DNA of 64,000 nt from Eledone cirrhosa (Eukaryota). Below are positions 57,676 through 64,000 of the stretch, piece after piece (within the stretch, counting starts at the first letter, position 1; each line of letters starts with the position of its first letter). The stretch covers positions 110,484,001-110,548,000 of the forward strand of contig OZ024743.1 in assembly GCA_964016885.1 (NCBI GenBank), written 5' to 3'. A program made the translations under genes and the position numbers. The notes beneath the pieces are model-generated. The model made no database searches and was not told the origin of the DNA. It saw nothing but the letters and a program-made list of their open reading frames with translations.

Positions 57676-58030
57676 TTTTAATTATATACATATAACGTGG
57701 ATTTTTGTTTAGTCTTCGATGGAATTGACATTTCATCTCATAGAATGTATACCTTTTGCGATCATTCTGTCGTTCATACGAATTATGAATCCAGGTGTAA
57801 TAATTGATTCTACTTCTGGCATAAGGCCAGCGGTTACCCAGTGCATTACTGATACTTTAATGCACTGGGTAATTGATGGCCTTGTGCCAAAAGTAGAAAC
57901 AATTATTACAGCTGGATTCATAATTCGTATGAACGACAGAATGATCGCAAAAGGTGTACATTCTATGAGATGAAATGTCAATTCCATCGAAGAGTAAGCT
58001 AAAATCCACGTTATATGTATGTAATTAAAA
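57676..58030. repeat. ~355-bp imperfect palindrome centred on two SINE 3' tails
   Basis: Near-identical 84-aa ORFs on both strands. The centre is acccagtgcatta-ctgatactt-taatgcactgggt. Confidence 0.9.
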
Positions 58031-59303
58031 TGAATATTTTTTTATATTACTGCACGCCAGCAATCTATTTTACCAGTCTGTTTGCAATGTCCTCTCACCA
58101 GGACATGGCCATGATAGGTTGTAGTTGACGCATCTGTCATATGGGGCGTACTTTCTATAGATGAGTATAGAGTGTTTACGTCCCAAATGACACAACAAAC
58201 GGAATAACAGTAAACATTTGTACATTTTGAAATTGTTAATAGTTGCATAAGATGTTGTTTCAAATATTTGTTATTTCACGTTCCCAAAAGCGGACGCAAC
58301 TGAATCGACACGGTGGCCGACATAGTACCTGGGCTGTAGCCTTGAGATATGCTCTTCAAATATGAAGGTTCTGACTGGTGATAAGGAAGGTTGATGATAA
58401 CGTTATATCCCGATACATTCATGTATTGCGGGAATTTCTGGTCATAAAAGAGATACAAGCGTCAACATTAAAGAGAAATTTGCAGTTTCAGAGTTGACAC
58501 CATGTCACAGAGCACCGCAGTCAATATAGTTTCTCCAGCCAACTATCCACACATGTAGGGGAATATACAATAAAAACATGGACACACACACACTATGTTC
58601 ATGCAGGGCATACAACAAAATATAAATCAGCTTCGGACGAAGTATATACGCGTGCTGTCCTCCACGGACAACTGGTAAGAAGGCCGCCTCCAGAGGCCAT
58701 GCTATTTATAACAACGTGATAATATCGGATATATATATATATATATATATATACACATTTATCTAGGCTTAAAAATCATTTGAGCATGGCATATAACTCC
58801 TTTCTTTCAATACACTTGAAATGCTTTTTCAAACCAAAAAATACGAAGAAAATCGAGATAACGTATTTAAGGACGTTTCATAAATACTTTGCAATTTTAT
58901 TGATGCTGATGAAATTCATAACCGCGATTAAAATTAGTCCTCATTCTACCAATTTCCTTACTTTAAATCGATTCGAGAATTGGAAAATCTCAACGACAGA
59001 CATTAACATGTCAATGTCCATGGTCAATTGAAGCATATATATACCAATGATATTCCTTGTAATAATGTAATTTGACAAATATATAATTGTTAAACCACCA
59101 ACGTTTTGAAGCTTGCTTCAGAATAAATCACACTGTAGTGTTTACTTTAGTAGCGCAGAATATGAATTATAAGACAAAATAAGATGAATTGAATTATATT
59201 TCCGCTGCAAATCGTGAATAATATATGGACATACAAACACACACAAACTGTATATATATGCACACACATACATACACATGCACACATATACATATCTGTA
59301 TAC

Positions 59304-59355
<52 letters not shown>

Positions 59356-60176
59356 GTATAAACTCACACGCACAGACAATCTAGAAATACATTTATATAT
59401 ATATATATATAAATATATATATAAATATGTGTGTGTGTGTGGATGTATGTGTGGGTGTATGTATTTGTGAGTGTGTACGCGTGTATTTTTGTTTGTGTTT
59501 ATACAAGTTTCTGTTTCTTTGCCAGGTTTATATACCTAGCACAATCAAATATATTATTAAGAGACAAAACAAACTTTGACGTAACTTCTTAATATCTAAA
59601 TAATGTGATATATTCATTCTATCACATTTACCATGATTTTCCGATGCTGTGTATAGCTTTTCCTGTTTAAACTTGTGTTTTATTCTTCGTTTTCATTTTC
59701 ATTCCTTTTCTAAACAAAAGTTACATAGTTTTCATATCATTTCATGGAAAATATCAAATTTGGAAATTTATTTGCTTATTATTTTTAATTCTCTTGAAAG
59801 TTTTGTTGTTCTAATAAAAATAAAACGAACAAAAAAACTATGATAGTACAGGGATAATATCACTATGATTCGAAAGATTCAATGTTTAGGTTTTCAAATT
59901 GTATATATATTTTCTTTATTACTGAATATTTCTAACACTTGTGATCAATCATGTGAAGGTAATAGTGAATGATTATGAGCTCAATGATATATTTGTTTTG
60001 CTGTTTTTGCTACTAATATGTTGACGTTCTGGTTACAATGTAAAATCTCACTTTTCGATGGAGGCGAGTATCATTGAGATTCACAAATTCGTAATGTACA
60101 CACAAAAATGCGTGCACACAAATACACAAAAATCTCTATCTCTCTAAATCTCTTTCTTTCTCCCTCTCTCTCTATA

Positions 60177-60229
<53 letters not shown>

Positions 60230-60469
60230 CTCTATCTCTCTATCTATCTCTATCTCTCCTTCCCTTTGCTGAAGATCGTACTGGCAGTGCTCAAAAGATA
60301 TACGCAATCGTAATTTTCACTGCGAGTTTTATGTTCCATCTTGTGGATTGGCCAAATCGTTTGCGGTGTCTTTTGTTTGCTATGTTGGAATGCCAAGCAG
60401 CTGCCGAACCTCCGAAACTAAAATAAATAAAAAACCTAGATGAAAATAACAGCACCAGAAGCATTTTTC

Positions 60470-60840
60470 GTCTTATGTGTTTCAACATTGATGTTAAAAT
60501 ACAAAGGCTCCATCGCCGATAGCTTATTATCTTAACAACAATGTAAGAACAGTTGTCATGGTCAATTCTTTCTGGAGAACCTGTACTTTACACAAGACGC
60601 AAGATACTAGGATGATGTCAAGTGGGCGATGTAAAAACAAATTAAAGGAATCTCTGATCCTAGCAAGAGTAAACTCAGATAAACTACGCACTGAAATGAT
60701 GAACAAGGAACACTCCTACATAATTCGGCAAAGGATATACAAAAGGAAACTCTGTCTCCATAACCATGTGTGAAAGAAGCATAAAAAACAATAAAGAATG
60801 AAGAGAATCAACCAATTCCCGGAATTGAGATTGGAATCAA
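60470..60840 (+). mobile_element. Decayed RTE-like LINE 3' fragment
   Basis: ...IIRQRIYKRKLCLHNHV resembles the RTE 'KRKL.W.GHV' region. Weak. Confidence 0.35.
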
Positions 60841-60848
60841 CGATCTCA

Positions 60849-60896
<48 letters not shown>

Positions 60897-60897
60897 A

Positions 60898-60930
<33 letters not shown>

Positions 60931-60937
60931 ATATCTA

Positions 60938-60973
<36 letters not shown>

Positions 60974-61113
60974 CGTACGTTTTTCCGGGTTGAATCGGAG
61001 GTAACCACAGTAAGGAAGGTACTCAATACATTGCAGAGTATACAAGTTTTAATATAGATGAGATTCTACAGGACTAGAACTGTTTCAATCATTAGAAATC
61101 ATCAGGAAATATG

Positions 61114-61148
<35 letters not shown>

Positions 61149-61165
61149 TTACATATATATATATG

Positions 61166-61440
61166 TTCCCGATCTTTGCTCCCAAATACAGGAAGTCCTC
61201 AACCAATTCTAGCGGCTTCCTGCCTACATTAGTGATCCCATCTCGCTTCTCAACATTCTCTACCAGGTATTTTGTTTTAGTCTAATTCATTCGCAGCCCC
61301 ACACTCATTGACACAGACTCAACATCCTGCATCAAATGCTCTGCCTCCTTCACTGTATTTGTGACCAAAACTATGTCACGGCAAATTCAGCATATGATAT
61401 ATTTTTCGCCTTAACTCTCCTGCTCTGAGCCGGGGCTACA
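61166..61440 (-). mobile_element. Decayed LINE RT fragment (RTE-like)
   Basis: Minus strand: AEFA.DIVLV...SVGLRMN*TKTKY...LELVEDFLYLGAKI. Confidence 0.7.
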
Positions 61441-61873
61441 GTAAAGCCAGAATCCTACTGTACTAAGAGTGAGAAATGAAATTTCGTTACATTCTATTCC
61501 ATTTATCGTTTTCGGTGTGCCCGGCCGACTAAACTCACTCGATATGCAAATTAGGCTGCACAGCCGTTAATATGCATGAGGAAAGTATATACTTTCAAAC
61601 GTTTAACCATCTGGCAGGAAGGTATACGATGCTGACGATAGCTAATACGCTTGGAACTATTACATCGTTCCTGTGTCAGTGTTGAACAAAACAGGTGACG
61701 TGGTTGCCTAAATACTGGTTTAGGCAACACGGTTTGCTTGTTTGTTTACAAAGAAACAAACAGAGCATTATAATAAATGTTCGGTAAACCGATACGTGCA
61801 TATATATATATATGTGCATGTATGTATATATATACATACTACTGTACGTCTGTATACATATGTGTATGTACAT

Positions 61874-61957
<84 letters not shown>

Positions 61958-62235
61958 TGTTCAGCAATTTTTAGACAACTCTACCAGTGAAACAATTGTT
62001 AGACTGCGAATAATTCCCCTTTTTGGTAATGTTGAGCATGTTATTCTTCACTTTTTTAATTTTATTACTCCAAGATGAACTTACATAGGAATACATGTGA
62101 AATCATAAACTCGTCATCTACGTAAACCTCTTGTTGAGTCAAGCAACGACATATACTAAAACTATCCATAATAGGAAGTTTTCACAAGGTCTATTTCGAT
62201 TACCTATAACGATATTTTCTCATCGTTAAAATATG

Positions 62236-62267
<32 letters not shown>

Positions 62268-62280
62268 TATTGTATATATA

Positions 62281-62364
<84 letters not shown>

Positions 62365-62369
62365 CATAT

Positions 62370-62450
<81 letters not shown>

Positions 62451-62460
62451 CATATATATA

Positions 62461-63712
62461 GGAACGAGTAGGACCCTGACGTCTCAGCTCATGTCATTTC
62501 GACGGCTAATTCTGGACTAAATGAAATGTTTTATTCTGGTACATGAATAGCCGAGCTTCTCAGGGAATAATTGCATGTATGGTAAAAGTGATTGTCACAG
62601 GGATTGGTAAAAAGTTTCTTGATGAGACACACAATTCTATCATGGAATTTTGTGGAAGGAATGGGTAGCTGAACTTGCCAGTAGAAGAAAGAGGGAGAGG
62701 GAGTGGAGGAAATCCCGTCGTGCGTTGATAGTGCCGACTACAGCAGAATCCTAAGGATAAGAGGTCAAGAAAAGTATACTAGGGAGGGGGAGGGGGAGGA
62801 AGTCAAAACAATAAGTAAATCAATATGGAGTAAATATATAGAAGAATAATAAGTATGTTAAAAATATAAAAAAAAACAATTTCTGATTACTATTCCCCTA
62901 CATTTGGGGTGGGTGTGGGTGGGGTGGATTTGGGCTGTTCTGAATTAATTTTTCGTATATATTGTACAAGCATTTATTTAGTTAGTATAATAATTTATGT
63001 ATCGTAGCGGTACTCTTATATATAGTATTAGTATTCATTTTCGGGATTCTGAATTATTATTTCGTTTTAGTTTCGGGACTCGGAATTATTATTTCGTAGT
63101 AGTTTCTTTAGTATTTTGGCCCCCTACTCGTTGACCTGTCACTGTAAGATAGATATGGATGATTACTACTAACTCATAAAATTCTTTCAGTACAATCCCG
63201 TATTTAATATTCCGTCCCACCTATTAAACTTTCCTGTAGTTTGGCAGTACCAGTGAAAGACTTGATGATTGTGGTAAGGGAATAGTAACCAGAAATTGTT
63301 TTTTCATATTTTTAACATTCATATTATTCTTCTATATATTTACTCCATATTGATTTACTTATTGTTTCGACTTCCTCCCCCTCCCCCTCCCTAGTATACT
63401 TCTCTTGACCTCTTATCCTTAGGATTCTGCTGAAGTCGGCACTATCAACGCACGACACGGTTTCCTCCACTCCCTCTCCCTCTTTCTTCTACTGGCAAGT
63501 TCAGCTACCCCTTCCTTCCACAAAATGCTATGATAGAATTGTGTGTCTCAACAACACACTTTTGACCAATCCTTGTGAAAATCACTTTTAACATATATGG
63601 AATTACCCCCTGAGTAGCTCGGCTATTCATGTACCAGGATAAAACATTTCATTTAGTTCAGAATTAGCCGCCGAAACGACATGAGCTCAGCCGTCGGGGT
63701 CCTACTCGTTCC
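62461..63712. mobile_element. Fold-back element with ~440-bp inverted arms, TA at both ends
   Basis: Termini ggaacgagtaggaccc / gggtcctactcgttcc. Arms are ~62461-62905 and ~63270-63712. Confidence 0.85.
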
Positions 63713-63715
63713 TAT

Positions 63716-63857
63716 TACCCACTCTACTACCCTAAGTATTGAGTTCTTTGATGCGAAATGGTCCATCTGGTTCCTTACCACATTTCCTTCCCTTCGTTAT
63801 ATATATATATATATAAATATATATATATATACATATATATATATATTTATATATATA

Positions 63858-63926
<69 letters not shown>

Positions 63927-64000
63927 CGAAGGAAATGTGGTAAGGAACCAGGTGGACCATATCGCACCAAAGTACTCAATACTTAGGGTAGTAGAGTGGG
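63716..64000. repeat. Inverted ~80-bp repeats flanking a central (TA)n tract (runs off the window)
   Basis: cccactctactaccctaagtattgag...ccttcgttat-(TA)n-ataacgaagg...ctcaatacttagggtagtagagtggg. Confidence 0.85.

Noticed and set aside
61070-61110. Minus-strand ctgatga...gaaa motif
   Set aside because: Stem II is mismatched and stem I is absent.
63655-63712. HDV-like ribozyme on the minus strand (P4-like hairpin followed by CUAA)
   Set aside because: P1, P3 and L3 could not be assigned.

Overview
AT-rich eukaryotic DNA, dense in (TA)n/(CA)n microsatellites, with no recognisable host gene. The SINE family and microsatellite load suggest an octopus/cephalopod (inference). The window is dominated by retroelement remnants: Penelope-like elements (PLEs) of at least three types (Naiad-like, Neptune-like and an 'MVWWD' type), RTE and L1/Tx1 LINE fragments, about ten tRNA-derived SINE copies, two Helitron-like 3' ends and many fold-back (inverted repeat) structures that end in (TA)n tracts. 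The main find is at 1361-3864: a 5.35-copy tandem array of a 468-bp non-coding, hairpin-rich unit. Each full unit carries a minimal type I hammerhead ribozyme on the minus strand and an octamer motif, which fits a recently inserted non-LTR retrozyme (a circular-RNA-forming parasite). About a dozen more intact or decayed hammerheads sit in the 3' ends of the PLE remnants. Several are followed by a shared GAGTGCTCTATG motif in either orientation. All calls were made by eye without computation, so boundaries are approximate.
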